This document shows positions 47,633 through 60,000 of a stretch of 64,000 nt of DNA, one piece after another. The position numbers and the translations under genes are program-made. The notes under the pieces were generated by a model. That model saw only the letters and a list, made by a program, of their open reading frames with translations. It was not told where the DNA came from and searched no databases. The stretch is from the NCBI GenBank assembly GCA_031441465.1, contig JANOEP010000035.1, positions 12,785 through 76,784 on the forward strand, in the 5' to 3' direction. The DNA comes from a bacterium. GTDB lineage: Bacteria; Krumholzibacteriota; Krumholzibacteriia; LZORAL124-64-63. Every line of letters starts with the position of its first letter. Within the stretch, counting starts at the first letter, position 1.

Positions 47633-48345
47633 ATGTCCACGTTCCGATCCCACGTCTGGTCCTCCGTCGGGAAGAAGATGATCACCGGGTCGACGGGCTT
47701 GCTGCTCGTCGGCTTCGTGTCGGTGCATCTGCTGGGCAACCTGACCCTGTTCATCCCGGACCAGGGCCACGCCTTCAACGCCTACGCCCGCTTCCTGGAG
47801 CACGCCGTCCACGGCTGGCTGATCATCGCCTTCGAGGTGGGCCTGCTGGCGGTGCTCGGCCTCCACCTCGTGACGGCGGTCACCGTCGCCTGGAGCGACA
47901 AGCGCCGGGCGCGCCCCACCGGCTACGCGCTGGTGCGCAACGCGGGCGGCAAGAGCCGCAAGGGCCTGCCCTCCACCAGCATGATCGTCACCGGTCTGGT
48001 GCTGGCGGTGTTCATCGTCCTGCACGTGAAGATGTTCAAGTTCGCCGACCACCCGTCCGTCGTCTACGACGGCGTTGAGATGAAGGACCTCTACGCGGTG
48101 GTCGTGGCGGCCTTCAAGCAGCCGTTGATCGCCGGCGCCTACGTCGTGGTGATGGGCATGCTCGGCTTCCACCTGCGCCACGGCGTCTGGAGCGCCTTCC
48201 AGTCGCTGGGCTGGAACAACGACCGCGCGATGGGGCTGCTGCAGAACGTGGCCCGGGCCGTCTCGGTGCTGTACGCGGTCGGCTTCCTGATGCTGCCACT
48301 GTACATCCTCTTCTTCGTCGATCCGTCCGTGTCGGGAGGTCACCG

Positions 48346-48349
<4 letters not shown>
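47633..48349 (+). CDS. sdhC: Succinate dehydrogenase/fumarate reductase diheme cytochrome b subunit
   Basis: [10 protein letters not shown]; four His in [24 protein letters not shown]. Confidence 0.92.
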
Positions 48350-50265
<1,916 letters not shown>

Positions 50266-50280
50266 GGGAAGGTGCCGAGC

Positions 50281-51060
50281 ATGAGCGAGATGACCATCCA
50301 CCTGAAGATCTGGCGGCAGGCGCGGGGCGAGGCCAAGGGACACTTCGTCGGCTACACGGTCGAGAAGGTCCTGCCGGAGATGTCCTTCCTCGAGACGCTC
50401 GACCTGCTCAACGAGAAGCTGGTCCGCGACGGCCAGCAGCCCGTCGAGTTCGACAGCGACTGCCGGGAGGGGATCTGCGGCACCTGCGGCCTGGTGATCA
50501 AAGGCACGGCCCACGGCCCGAACCCCAAGACCACCACCTGCGAGGTGCGCATGCGGCACTTCCACGACGGCGAAACGATCACCGTCGAGCCCTTCCGCGC
50601 CGGCCCGTTCCCGATCCTCAAGGACCTGGTGGTCGACCGCACGGCGTTCGACCGCATCCAGCAGCAGGGCGGCTTCGTGTCGGCCAACGTGGGCTCGGCC
50701 CCCGACGGCAACGCGGTGCCGATCCCCAAGCTCGACGCCGACAAGGCCATGGACGCCGCCTCCTGCATCGGCTGCGGCGCCTGCGTGGCCGCCTGCCCCA
50801 ACGCCTCGGCCTCGCTGTTCGTCGGCGCCAAGATCAGCCAGCTCTCCTACCTGCCCCAGGGCGGGCCGGAGCGTGGCCGCCGCGCGCTGCTGATGATCGG
50901 CCAGATGGACCAGGAGGGGTTCGGCAACTGCTCCAACCACGGCGAGTGCGAGGCGGTCTGCCCCAAGGAGATCTCCATCGAGAACATCGCGCGCATGCGG
51001 CGCGAGTTCTTCAAGGGCGCGCTCGGCGGCCACGACCGCAAGGCGGCGACCGGCGACTAG
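50281..51060 (+). CDS. sdhB: Succinate dehydrogenase/fumarate reductase Fe-S subunit
   Basis: [35 protein letters not shown]. Confidence 0.96.
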   Translation: MSEMTIHLKIWRQARGEAKGHFVGYTVEKVLPEMSFLETLDLLNEKLVRDGQQPVEFDSDCREGICGTCGLVIKGTAHGPNPKTTTCEVRMRHFHDGETITVEPFRAGPFPILKDLVVDRTAFDRIQQQGGFVSANVGSAPDGNAVPIPKLDADKAMDAASCIGCGACVAACPNASASLFVGAKISQLSYLPQGGPERGRRALLMIGQMDQEGFGNCSNHGECEAVCPKEISIENIARMRREFFKGALGGHDRKAATGD

Positions 51061-51099
51061 CGCCCGACGGAACCCCGCCCCTCGCGACGCAGCCCCCCT

Positions 51100-51132
51100 G
51101 GACCCCGGCTCCGGAGCCGGGGTCCTGCCTTT
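51100..51132 (+). terminator. Terminator after sdhB
   Basis: Perfect 26-bp palindrome GGACCCCGGCTCCGGAGCCGGGGTCC followed by TGCCTTT. Confidence 0.7.
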
Positions 51133-51219
51133 CGCGGTCCCCGGCGGACCGCGGCGCCATCCGGGCTTGCATTCCGGTGTCGCAGGGCGTTCAATGGTCG
51201 GCTAATCGTCAGGAGAACC

Positions 51220-52134
51220 ATGGGACGGTATGCCGTCATCGACATCGGCACCAACTCGGTCAAGCTCTTTGCGGGCCGGCTCATCCACGGCAGCGTGACC
51301 CCGCTGGCCGACGAACTGGCGGTCACGCGGCTCGGCCAGGGGCTGTCCCTGACCGGCGAGCTCGCCGAGGACGCCATGACGCGCACCGCGCGGCAGGTGG
51401 CCGCCTTCCGGGAGCGCGCCGAGGGCCTCGCGGTGGAAAAGGTCGTCGCGGTGGGCACCGAGGCGCTGCGCCGCGCCGTGAACGCCGACGAATTCCTGGA
51501 ACTGACGCACCGGCTGGCGAAATTGCGGGTGCAGGTGCTCGACGGGCAGGAAGAAGCCCGCCTTTCCTTCCTCGCGGTGCAGCGGAGCCTGAAGAACCTG
51601 CCCGCGCGCCTGACCGTGATCGACGCGGGCGGGGGCAGCACCGAGTTCGTCGCCGCCGAGGACGGCCGCATCCTGTCGCGCGCGAGCGTGCCGGTGGGTT
51701 CGCGGGTCCTGACCGACCGCCTGGTCCGCACCAACCCGCCGGGGACCGCTTCCCTGAAAGCGGTGCGCGACGCGGTACGCGAGGCCTTCGCCGGCCTGCA
51801 GCTGCCGCCGGGCGCGGTCGTCGCCGTCGGCGGTGCGCCGACGACGATGGCCACGGTGAGCTGGAGCCTGCCGGCGCACGAGCCGGCCGCCGTCCACGGC
51901 CGCCGGCTGCGCCGCGACGAGATCGGGCGGCTCGCCGCGCGCTTCGCCGCGCTGACCCAGGTCGCGCGCCGCCGCCTGCCGGGATTGATGCCCGAGCGCG
52001 CGGACGTGGCCCTGGCCGGCGCCGTGATCCTGGAGGAAGCCCTGATCCGCTGCGGTGCGGACGAGTTGACCGTCTGCGCCCGCGGCTTGCGCCACGGCGT
52101 GTTCCACGACCGCTTCGCGCCGCTCCCGGCGTAG
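51220..52134 (+). CDS. ppx: Ppx/GppA family exopolyphosphatase (single-domain)
   Basis: IDIGTNS, GTEALR, EEARL, DAGGGSTE, RADV, GLRHG. Confidence 0.9.
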   Translation: MGRYAVIDIGTNSVKLFAGRLIHGSVTPLADELAVTRLGQGLSLTGELAEDAMTRTARQVAAFRERAEGLAVEKVVAVGTEALRRAVNADEFLELTHRLAKLRVQVLDGQEEARLSFLAVQRSLKNLPARLTVIDAGGGSTEFVAAEDGRILSRASVPVGSRVLTDRLVRTNPPGTASLKAVRDAVREAFAGLQLPPGAVVAVGGAPTTMATVSWSLPAHEPAAVHGRRLRRDEIGRLAARFAALTQVARRRLPGLMPERADVALAGAVILEEALIRCGADELTVCARGLRHGVFHDRFAPLPA

Positions 52135-52176
52135 GGTCCCCGTGGGCGCCGCCCGCCGCTGAAAGGAACCGACACC

Positions 52177-52824
52177 ATGCCGATCCTGCTGTTCAAGCGC
52201 ACGCGGGCCCTGGTCGCCCAGATCGATGAGTTCCTGGACACCGTCAGCCAGGCCGCCCTGCTCTTCGAACGCGGGGTGGCGGACTACGTGGCCGGACGCC
52301 AGGACGAGTTCGAGACCCACTACCGGGCCATCGACGCCGCCGAACACAGCGCGGACGACCTGCGCCGCAACATCGAGAAGCAGCTCTACCGGCACTCCCT
52401 GATCCCCGAGGCCCGCGGCGACGTGCTCGGTCTGCTGGAGACCACCGACGACGTGGTCAACCAGGCCAAGCACACCCTGGGCATGTTCCTGGTGGAGCGT
52501 CCCGCGCTCTTGCCGAGCATGAACGACGACTGGACGGCGCTCGGCGCCACCGCCGCGCGCACGGCCGAGGCCGTGGTCTTGGCCACGCGGGCGTTCTTCC
52601 GCGACCCCTACACGGTCAACGACCACCTGCACAAGGTCTACTTCCACGAGAGCGAGGGGGACCGGCAGGCCCTGGCGCTCAAGCGCAAGATCTTCGATTC
52701 GGACGTGGAGCTGGCGCGTAAGCTGCACCTGCGATACTTCGTGGTGAACGTCGACCGGATCTCGGACGCCGCGGAGGAAGTCGCCGACCGCCTGGCGATC
52801 TACACCATCAAGCGCACGGTGTAG
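52177..52824 (+). CDS. DUF47 / PhoU-like phosphate transport regulator
   Basis: EHSADDLRR..LY, ESEGD, ISDAAEEVADRL; directly upstream of pit. Confidence 0.9.
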   Translation: MPILLFKRTRALVAQIDEFLDTVSQAALLFERGVADYVAGRQDEFETHYRAIDAAEHSADDLRRNIEKQLYRHSLIPEARGDVLGLLETTDDVVNQAKHTLGMFLVERPALLPSMNDDWTALGATAARTAEAVVLATRAFFRDPYTVNDHLHKVYFHESEGDRQALALKRKIFDSDVELARKLHLRYFVVNVDRISDAAEEVADRLAIYTIKRTV

Positions 52825-52833
52825 GAGGTCGCG

Positions 52834-54336
52834 TTGCTGGTCCTGTTCTTCCTGTCGAGCGGGCTGTTCATGGGCTGGTCCCTGGGCGCCAACCACGCCG
52901 CCAACGTCTTCGGCACGGCCGTGGGTTCGCGCATGATCCGTTTCGCCACCGCCGCCCTGATCTGCAGCGTGTTCGTGGTGCTCGGCTCGGTCGTCGGCGG
53001 TGCCGGCGCCGCCGGGACCCTCGGCCATCTCGGCGCGATCGACGCCATGGGCGGCGCCTTCATGGTCGCGCTCGCGGCCGCCGTGACGATCACCGCGATG
53101 ACCAAGTTGGGGCTGCCGGCCTCCACCTCGCAGGCCGTCGTCGGGGCGATCATCGGCTGGAACGTCTTCAGCGGCGTGATGACCGACGTCGCCTCCCTGT
53201 CGCTGATCGTCGCCACCTGGGTCGTCTGCCCGCTCCTGTCGGGAGCCTTCGCCGTCGTCTTCTACATCCTGTCCCGCCGCCTCGTGCGCCACCTGCGCCC
53301 GCACCTGCTGTGGGACGACATGATGACCCGCTGGTCGCTGATCGCGGTCGGCGCTTTCGGCTCCTACAGCCTCGGCGCCAACAACATCGGCAACGTGATG
53401 GGCGTGTTCGTGCCGGTGGCGCCGTTCTCGGGTCTGGAATTGCCGTTCGGTCTGGCGTTCAGCGGCGCCCAGCAGCTGTTCCTGCTGGGTGGGCTGGCCA
53501 TCGCCCTGGGCGTGTTCACCTACTCGCAACGCGTCATGAGGACCGTCGGCGGCGATCTCTTCAAGCTGACGCCGCAGATGGCGCTGGTGGTGGTGCTCTC
53601 GCTGTCGGTGGTGTTGTTCCTGTTCTCTTCGCAGGAACTGGAAAAGGCGCTGTTGAGCCTGGGGCTGCCGGCCCTGCCGCTGGTGCCGATCTCCAGTTCG
53701 CAGGCCGTGATCGGCGCGGTGGTGGGTCTGGGTCTGCTCAAGGGCGGGCACGGGATCCGCTACCGGGTGCTGGTCGAGATCGCCGCGGGGTGGGTGACCA
53801 CGCCCATCATCGCCTGTTTCCTCGCCTTTTTCGGCTTGTTCTTCCTGCAGAACGTCTTCTCGGTGCCCGTCAACCGGCCGCACGTCTACGAATTGTCAGC
53901 CCAGGTGATCGAACGGACCGGACGGATCGGGGTGCCGGTCGATGGGCTGGACGAGTTGGCGGCCGGGCGCTTCACGACCCAGCTGTCCCTGAACCGGGCC
54001 CTGCGCGGCGCGACCGGGCTGGACGCGCAGCAGCGCGCCCAGGTGGTGCGCGCGGCGGAGGTCGACCGTTACCTCGTGGACCCCGAGCGGATCGCGCAGG
54101 ACATCAAGCCTGGCTGGTACCGGCCGGAACAGATCGCGGCGCTGAAGGCCCTGGCCGGCCAGGAGTACCGCCACGCCTGGCAATTGCTCGAGCGTCTCGA
54201 GGCGTTGTCGCCGAGCTGGCGACTGCTGCCCGTCACCGGGCGCAACCGGCTGGACAACGACCGCCTCGAGAAGCAGCGCCGGCAGGTCCTGGTCGCGCTG
54301 CGCGCCGAGCCCGTCGGAGCCCCGGCCGCGCCGTGA
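52834..54336 (+). CDS. PiT family inorganic phosphate transporter with C-terminal extension
   Basis: GANHAANVFGTAVGS, PASTSQAVVG, GANNIGN, PISSSQAVIG; TTG after AGGAGG. Confidence 0.9.
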   Translation: MLVLFFLSSGLFMGWSLGANHAANVFGTAVGSRMIRFATAALICSVFVVLGSVVGGAGAAGTLGHLGAIDAMGGAFMVALAAAVTITAMTKLGLPASTSQAVVGAIIGWNVFSGVMTDVASLSLIVATWVVCPLLSGAFAVVFYILSRRLVRHLRPHLLWDDMMTRWSLIAVGAFGSYSLGANNIGNVMGVFVPVAPFSGLELPFGLAFSGAQQLFLLGGLAIALGVFTYSQRVMRTVGGDLFKLTPQMALVVVLSLSVVLFLFSSQELEKALLSLGLPALPLVPISSSQAVIGAVVGLGLLKGGHGIRYRVLVEIAAGWVTTPIIACFLAFFGLFFLQNVFSVPVNRPHVYELSAQVIERTGRIGVPVDGLDELAAGRFTTQLSLNRALRGATGLDAQQRAQVVRAAEVDRYLVDPERIAQDIKPGWYRPEQIAALKALAGQEYRHAWQLLERLEALSPSWRLLPVTGRNRLDNDRLEKQRRQVLVALRAEPVGAPAAP

Positions 54337-54354
54337 GGTCGCGGCGTCGGCGGG

Positions 54355-55446
54355 TCAGCGCGGGGGCGCCGCCAGCAGCTTGCGCACCATCCACACCACC
54401 GTGGCGATCCCCCCCAGCAGCAACCCGGCGAAGATCGCGAGGCTGAGCGTCTGGGTCCGCACCGGGATCTCCTGCAGGTTCGCCAGCCCCGCCAGATAGC
54501 CGGCGCGCGCGGCGTCGCGCATCAGGATCATCACCGCCAGGGTCAGCGCCGTCGACCAGGCCAGCGGCTTCAGCGAGTGGGTCGGGGCGGAGCGCACGCG
54601 CCACGCCAGCAGCAGCAGGACCAGGGACAGGGCCGTCCCGAGTCCCAGCAACCCCGTGGCGTGCCCGCTGCCGCCCATGAACAGGCGGCGCACGTCCTCC
54701 CGCAAGGCCAGCAGGTACCAGAAGCCGACCATCAGGTTGACGACGGTCGCGGCCAGGAAGACGTCCAGGCCGCGGCGCACCAGCGCCTCGCCGAGGCGGG
54801 CGTCGGCGCGTTCGCGCCGGGCCAGCAGGGCGAGCATGATCCCGGCCACGGCGACCGCGCCCAGCGCCATGTGCAGGAAGCGCGGCCACAGCAGCGCCGA
54901 GCCCAGGTTCAGGTGCAGGCCGCCGGGAGAGGCGAAGTACAGGCGGCTCCACTTCTCGGGCGTGAGCATCAGCGTCGTGTTGTTGCTGAAGGCGAAGCCG
55001 ACCAGCGCGGCGCAACCGATCGAGAGCGCGACGGTCCAGCGGCGCCGGTCGCCCAGTCGGCGGCCGCGGAAGGCGTTGAGGTAGGCCGCGTAGTAGCCGA
55101 CGATCAGCAGCGGCACCGTGGCGAACCACGGCCAACCCATCAGGATGCTCGAGGTGTAGAAGAAGCCGCCGTAGAGCGTCTGCAGGAACAGCAGCGGCGC
55201 CACGCCGAAGGTCACCGTGCCGGCGAACAGCGTCGGCAGCAGCTTCGAGATCCGCTCGATCACGGTCTCGTGCAGCTCGCGGTCGCCGCCGCGCGTGAAC
55301 AGGCTGCCCAGCAGGATCGCGCCCCCGCCGAGCAGGCCGTTCATGAACAGCAGGTGCACCAGGAAGGTCAGGTGCAGCAGCGCCGCGAGCAGGGGCGCGG
55401 GCGCGGGCAGCGGCAGCACCTCGGGGGACGGGACGTAGGGGTTCAT
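54355..55446 (-). CDS. Membrane partner subunit of the bd-like oxidase (divergent CydA-homologous)
   Basis: Multiple TMs, TFLVHLLFMN..GG, GVAPLLFLQ.LY, PRFLH; start overlaps the upstream CydA-like gene. Confidence 0.65.
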   Translation of the reverse strand: MNPYVPSPEVLPLPAPAPLLAALLHLTFLVHLLFMNGLLGGGAILLGSLFTRGGDRELHETVIERISKLLPTLFAGTVTFGVAPLLFLQTLYGGFFYTSSILMGWPWFATVPLLIVGYYAAYLNAFRGRRLGDRRRWTVALSIGCAALVGFAFSNNTTLMLTPEKWSRLYFASPGGLHLNLGSALLWPRFLHMALGAVAVAGIMLALLARRERADARLGEALVRRGLDVFLAATVVNLMVGFWYLLALREDVRRLFMGGSGHATGLLGLGTALSLVLLLLAWRVRSAPTHSLKPLAWSTALTLAVMILMRDAARAGYLAGLANLQEIPVRTQTLSLAIFAGLLLGGIATVVWMVRKLLAAPPR

Positions 55447-56993
55447 CGCGCGCTCCTATCGCCGGCGGCTTCGGCGGTGCCGGCGGCGTCGGTCAGGAAG
55501 TCCAGCAGGTGCCCGCGCTCGACGGGATCGCCGCCGTACGCGGGCATCTCCGCGGCGAGGTCGGGCAGCAGGTCGAGCATCGCTTCGAAGTCCTCGCGGC
55601 TGTTGCCCGCCAGCGAGGGTCGCAGCGCGCGGTAGGCGTCCAGCGTGTGGCAGGTGCCGCAGTGCGCGTCCCAGGCCAGCCGGGCCGCGGCGCCGCGGTC
55701 GGCGGGGAACACGGCCGCGCCGCGGTCGGTGTCGGCGGCGAGGAAGGCCGCGAGGTCGGCGGTCTCCTCGACGTTGCCGTGCCAGGCCGGCATCCGCGCC
55801 CGCATGTGGTGCAGCCGCGACAGGAAGTCGGCGACTTCCGCTTCGGTCCGGTGGGCGAGGAAGGGGCGCATGGCGTTGTAGCCGTCGTGGGTGTGGCAGG
55901 GCAGGCACCAGGCGCGGTAGAGATCGCGGCCGCGCTCGGCCGGAGTGGTCGCCGCCGGATCGCGCCAGCGGGTGAAGGCGGTCACGCCGGCGGCGGCGAC
56001 CTGCGGTTCCTGGTCCACGCGCAGGCCGGTGGTGTAGAGGTAGCCGTGGATGGTGTAGGGTTTGCGAGCGGCCTCGCGCACCCACTCGCCGCCGAAGAAC
56101 AGGACCAGGGCGGACGCGACCAGCAGGACCGCTCCGGCCGGATGCCAGCGGCGGGGCGCCGCCAGCGGCCACAGCGCGAGCAGGAAGGTCGCCGCCGCGC
56201 CGGCCCACATGATCGTCACGACGCGCGGCAGCACGGGGATCGCGCCCGCGGCCAGGTCGGCCCAATCCGGGATCGCGCCGGTCAGGGCGCTGCGGTACCA
56301 CGGCAGGGCGGCGGCGAACGCCGCGACGCCCGCCGCGACCCAGACGGCGCCGCGGCGCGTGGCCCAGACGCGGGCGTCGTCGCGCTTCAGGAACGCCGCG
56401 GTCACCAGGACGAACAGGCCGGCCTGGGCCGCGGCCGCGGCCGTGCGCAGGGCCAGCGACGGCCAGTAGGTCGGGTTGAAGAAGCCGGTCCAGAACTCCC
56501 GGTTCTCCAGCCAGCCGCCCGGCGTCAGCATGAAGGTGACGATGCCGTTGATGATCACCAGGCTGATGTAGGCGGCGACGAAGTAGATCCAGCCCACGAT
56601 CTGGTGGGTCCGGGCGTCCAGCCGCTCCCAGCCGTACCAGTAGACCAGCGCCGCCGCGATTTCCACGATGAAGAAGACCCACTCCATCGCCCAGCCCCAC
56701 AGGTAGATGCGGATCAGGGCGAGGATCGCCTGGGGCGAGATCAGCGCCGCGGTCGTCCAGATGCCGACGCCGGTGATGGCGCCGAACACCAGGGTCAGCA
56801 GCAGGAAGGTGCGGCTCTGGGACTTCACCAGGGACAGCAGGGCCGCGTCGCTGCGGCGCCGGGCCGAGCGCTCGGCGAGCGCGAGCCAAAGCCCGCCGCC
56901 GACGGCGAGGTGCGCGACGAAGACGTGCAGCACCGAGACCAGGGCCATCAGGACACCGCCGCCCATCGGCAGTTCCCAGACCGGAAAGTTCAT
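55443..56993 (-). CDS. Cytochrome bd oxidase subunit I-like protein fused to two c-type haem domains
   Basis: LHVFVAHLAVGG, GAITGVGIW, WAMEWVFFIVE, FFNPTYWP, EWVREAARKPY; C-terminal CLPCH...MP and CGTCH...MP. Confidence 0.82.
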   Translation of the reverse strand: MNFPVWELPMGGGVLMALVSVLHVFVAHLAVGGGLWLALAERSARRRSDAALLSLVKSQSRTFLLLTLVFGAITGVGIWTTAALISPQAILALIRIYLWGWAMEWVFFIVEIAAALVYWYGWERLDARTHQIVGWIYFVAAYISLVIINGIVTFMLTPGGWLENREFWTGFFNPTYWPSLALRTAAAAAQAGLFVLVTAAFLKRDDARVWATRRGAVWVAAGVAAFAAALPWYRSALTGAIPDWADLAAGAIPVLPRVVTIMWAGAAATFLLALWPLAAPRRWHPAGAVLLVASALVLFFGGEWVREAARKPYTIHGYLYTTGLRVDQEPQVAAAGVTAFTRWRDPAATTPAERGRDLYRAWCLPCHTHDGYNAMRPFLAHRTEAEVADFLSRLHHMRARMPAWHGNVEETADLAAFLAADTDRGAAVFPADRGAAARLAWDAHCGTCHTLDAYRALRPSLAGNSREDFEAMLDLLPDLAAEMPAYGGDPVERGHLLDFLTDAAGTAEAAGDRSAR

Positions 56994-57036
56994 CGCTCCT
57001 CCTGCGTGGTTGCGGCCGGCCGCCCGTCGGCCCCGT

Positions 57037-60000
57037 TCAGGGAGACTGGCGCTGCAGCAGCCGAACCAGCCCGCCCCAGCGCTTGTCGAGTTGGAAGCCG
57101 TGGCGCTCGAAGAACGGGCGCAGCACGAACAGCGTGGTCACGGCCTGGTGGCCGAGGTTCGCCATCCGCGCACAGAAGTCCTCGATCAGCACGCTGCTGA
57201 TGCCGCGGCCCAGCAGCGGCGTGGCCACGACGATGCCGTTGAGATGGACCACGCCCGGCTCGATGTCCTTCCAGCTGATGCCGCCGACGATCCGCTCCTG
57301 GGCGTCGAGCACGATGACGAAGTTGTCGCGCTCGGAGATGGTCTTGTAGTAGCCCGACTTGAAGAACAGCCGGTACAGGCGTCCGAACTCCGAGGGTTCG
57401 ACCGGCTCGCGCACGGAGTAGGCGGTGCCGGTCTTGTCCTGGATGCGGGTCGAGACGATGACCTGGCGGTGGTCGCTGTCGCCCACGGCGAGGATCTGCG
57501 CGGATTGTCCCGCCGCCGAGTGCGGGAAGGCCAGGCGCTGGAAGGCGTGGCGGTCCTCGGGCTCGGTCAGCGTCTCCTGCAGGGCGCTGAGTTCGACGCG
57601 CCGCGTCGCCGGCGTGGCCGGCTCGTGGTGCAGGGCCGCGATCAGCGAGTCGAAGGCGGCCTGGGTGGCATCGGGCGCGCGGCGGAACCAGGTCCGCCGG
57701 TACAGGAGGTAGCGGTCGAGTTCGGGCTGCTCCCCCAAACCGTAGAGGCGCAGCATCTCCTCGACGATCTGCTCCCGCGCCCGCGGTGAGGCCTCGGGAT
57801 TGGACTGCTCCCAGCGCCGATATCGGTGCACCGCGCCGCGCAGCGCGCAGCTCTCGTAGGGTTCCTCGTCGAGCCGGTGCAGGTAGCCCCGCAGGACCTC
57901 GACGAGCTGGCCCCGGTAGCCGTCGGGCGGCTGGTCGGCCAGCGCCGCCTGCAGATCGGCCAGGAACGTGCGGGCGCGCGGCAGACCCAGCGCCTCGACG
58001 CAGGCGTCCGCGATCCAGGCCAGGTCCAGGCGGCGCCCCGTCCAGGGGTACGTCACCGTCGTCTGCTTGTAGAAGTTGCGCAGCATCGGCCGCACCAGGT
58101 CCAGCGGCCCGGTGTAGGGCGCCCAGCCGGTCAGCGACAGGATGCGGGCGCCCTCGCGGAAGTCGGGCTCGGACACCGCGACGTTCGACGGCGTGACCAT
58201 CCCCGGCACGATGCGGCCTCCGCTGATGGCCCAGCCGCGGAACACCGAGGCCAGCGCCTGCACGAACAGGCGGCGCCAGCCGGGGTCGCGCGACTCGCCC
58301 GGGATCTGCGGCCAGTCGCCGGCGTACTCGCGGACGCGTTCCCACACCGAAAGGTCGCTCACGAAGGCGAGCGACAGCGCGCCCATCGCGGGCCGGTAGC
58401 AGCCGAAACGCGGCAACACGGGCGGGCCGTGGGGATAGCCGCCGAGCGCGATCAGCCAGTAGATGGTCGTCAGCATCTCGCTGCGGTCCTCGTCGAGCAG
58501 GTCGCGATCCCAGATGACGGCCAGCAGGTCGTAGTGCTTCCCCTGCACCGTGTTCACGCTGAGGCGGTAGATGCGCTGGCGGTGGCGGACGGCGGTGCGG
58601 CCGATCCAGATGCCTTCGCGGGGCACTTCGCGCAGATCCAGATCTTCGCCGTCGGTCGTGAGCTTCACCGACTGCTGCAGGAAGGTCGTGCCGACCAGCA
58701 CTTCCTCGAGGCGTCGGATCTCCTCGTCGGACAACCCGTCCTGGTAGAGGATCTTGTCCTGCCAGGCGCCCGGGCCGCGGTGGGGCAGGGCGCGGTCGAG
58801 GGCCTCCTCGTACCAGTCGGCCAGCGCCAGCGCGTACCGCTCGGCGCGCGCCGCGATGACCGGGTCCTCGCGCAGCAGCACCCAGCTGACCAGCTCGTCC
58901 CGCACGGCGCCGTAGTAGGCCGGTTGCAGGCGCGCGAAGTCCGAGAGCAGCTTGAAGATGATGTCGAGCTGCGAGTGCATGGCGTCGTCCGCCGGCCAGG
59001 TGAGGTGACGCCGGTAGGCGTGCAGGCGTAGGCGGAAAGCTTCGAGACGGCGCTCCTCGAAGCCGCCGTGCGTGATCGCCGCGATGCTGGCCTCGTCCAG
59101 GAACGGCAGGCCCGAAGTCAGGAACTTGGGCCGCACCTGGCTGTAGTCGGGCGCCGGCTCGTCCAGCAACAGCACGCGGTAGGCGGCGCTGCGCACCGGC
59201 ATCTCCGCGTGGCGCGACAGCGCCTCGAGGCGGCGGCGCAGCAGTTCGGCCGTGCGGTGGTCGGCGTTCTGCAGCGCCCGCGCCAGACCGTCCACCGCGC
59301 GGGTGGCCGTCTCGTCGCCGGTGAAGAACGCGTCGCGGGTCAGCTCGTGCAACCGGGACAGGCGCTGGTCCTGCAGGGAACCGGGCACGGCGACACCCGG
59401 CGTCCCGGCGCCCGCCTCGCCGACGCCCGCGGGCAGCGGGTACGGCAGGTAGACGTGCTGGGTGATCGATGTCAGGGCCATGTCCCATCCGTCGCGCACG
59501 GGGCAGAACGCCACCAGAGCCGGGTTGCCGACCCACAGCAGCGGTTGGCGGGCCAGCAGCCCGAGATCGATCACGCCGCCGGCGACTTCGTACTCCAGGT
59601 CGCCCACCCGCCAGCGGCCGCCGTCGCCCGGCGCCACCGTCAGTTCGCGGCCGCTGACCCGGTCGCGCACGCGATCGCCGCCGGCCAGCAGTTCGGTCTC
59701 GAGGATGCCCAGGTCGCGGATGAGCCAGCGCGGCACGCGCAGGCGGGTGCCGGTCAGCGCCAGGGTCACCGCGTCGCTGCGGTACAGCTCGTCGACGACG
59801 GCGGCGAAGTTCTCCTCGATGGCCTTGCGCCGGTAGGAGCCCTTGGGCGTCAGCTCGCCGTGCTCCGCGGCGAAGTCGCGGTCCAGCACAGCGAAGTTGA
59901 CGACGCGCTCGTAGGAGAGCAGGTCGGCGTTGGCGGCGTGGACGATCCGGCCGTAGTAGGCGCGGGCGGCCTCGCCCTGTGGGTCCCCCTGCAGGACGGG

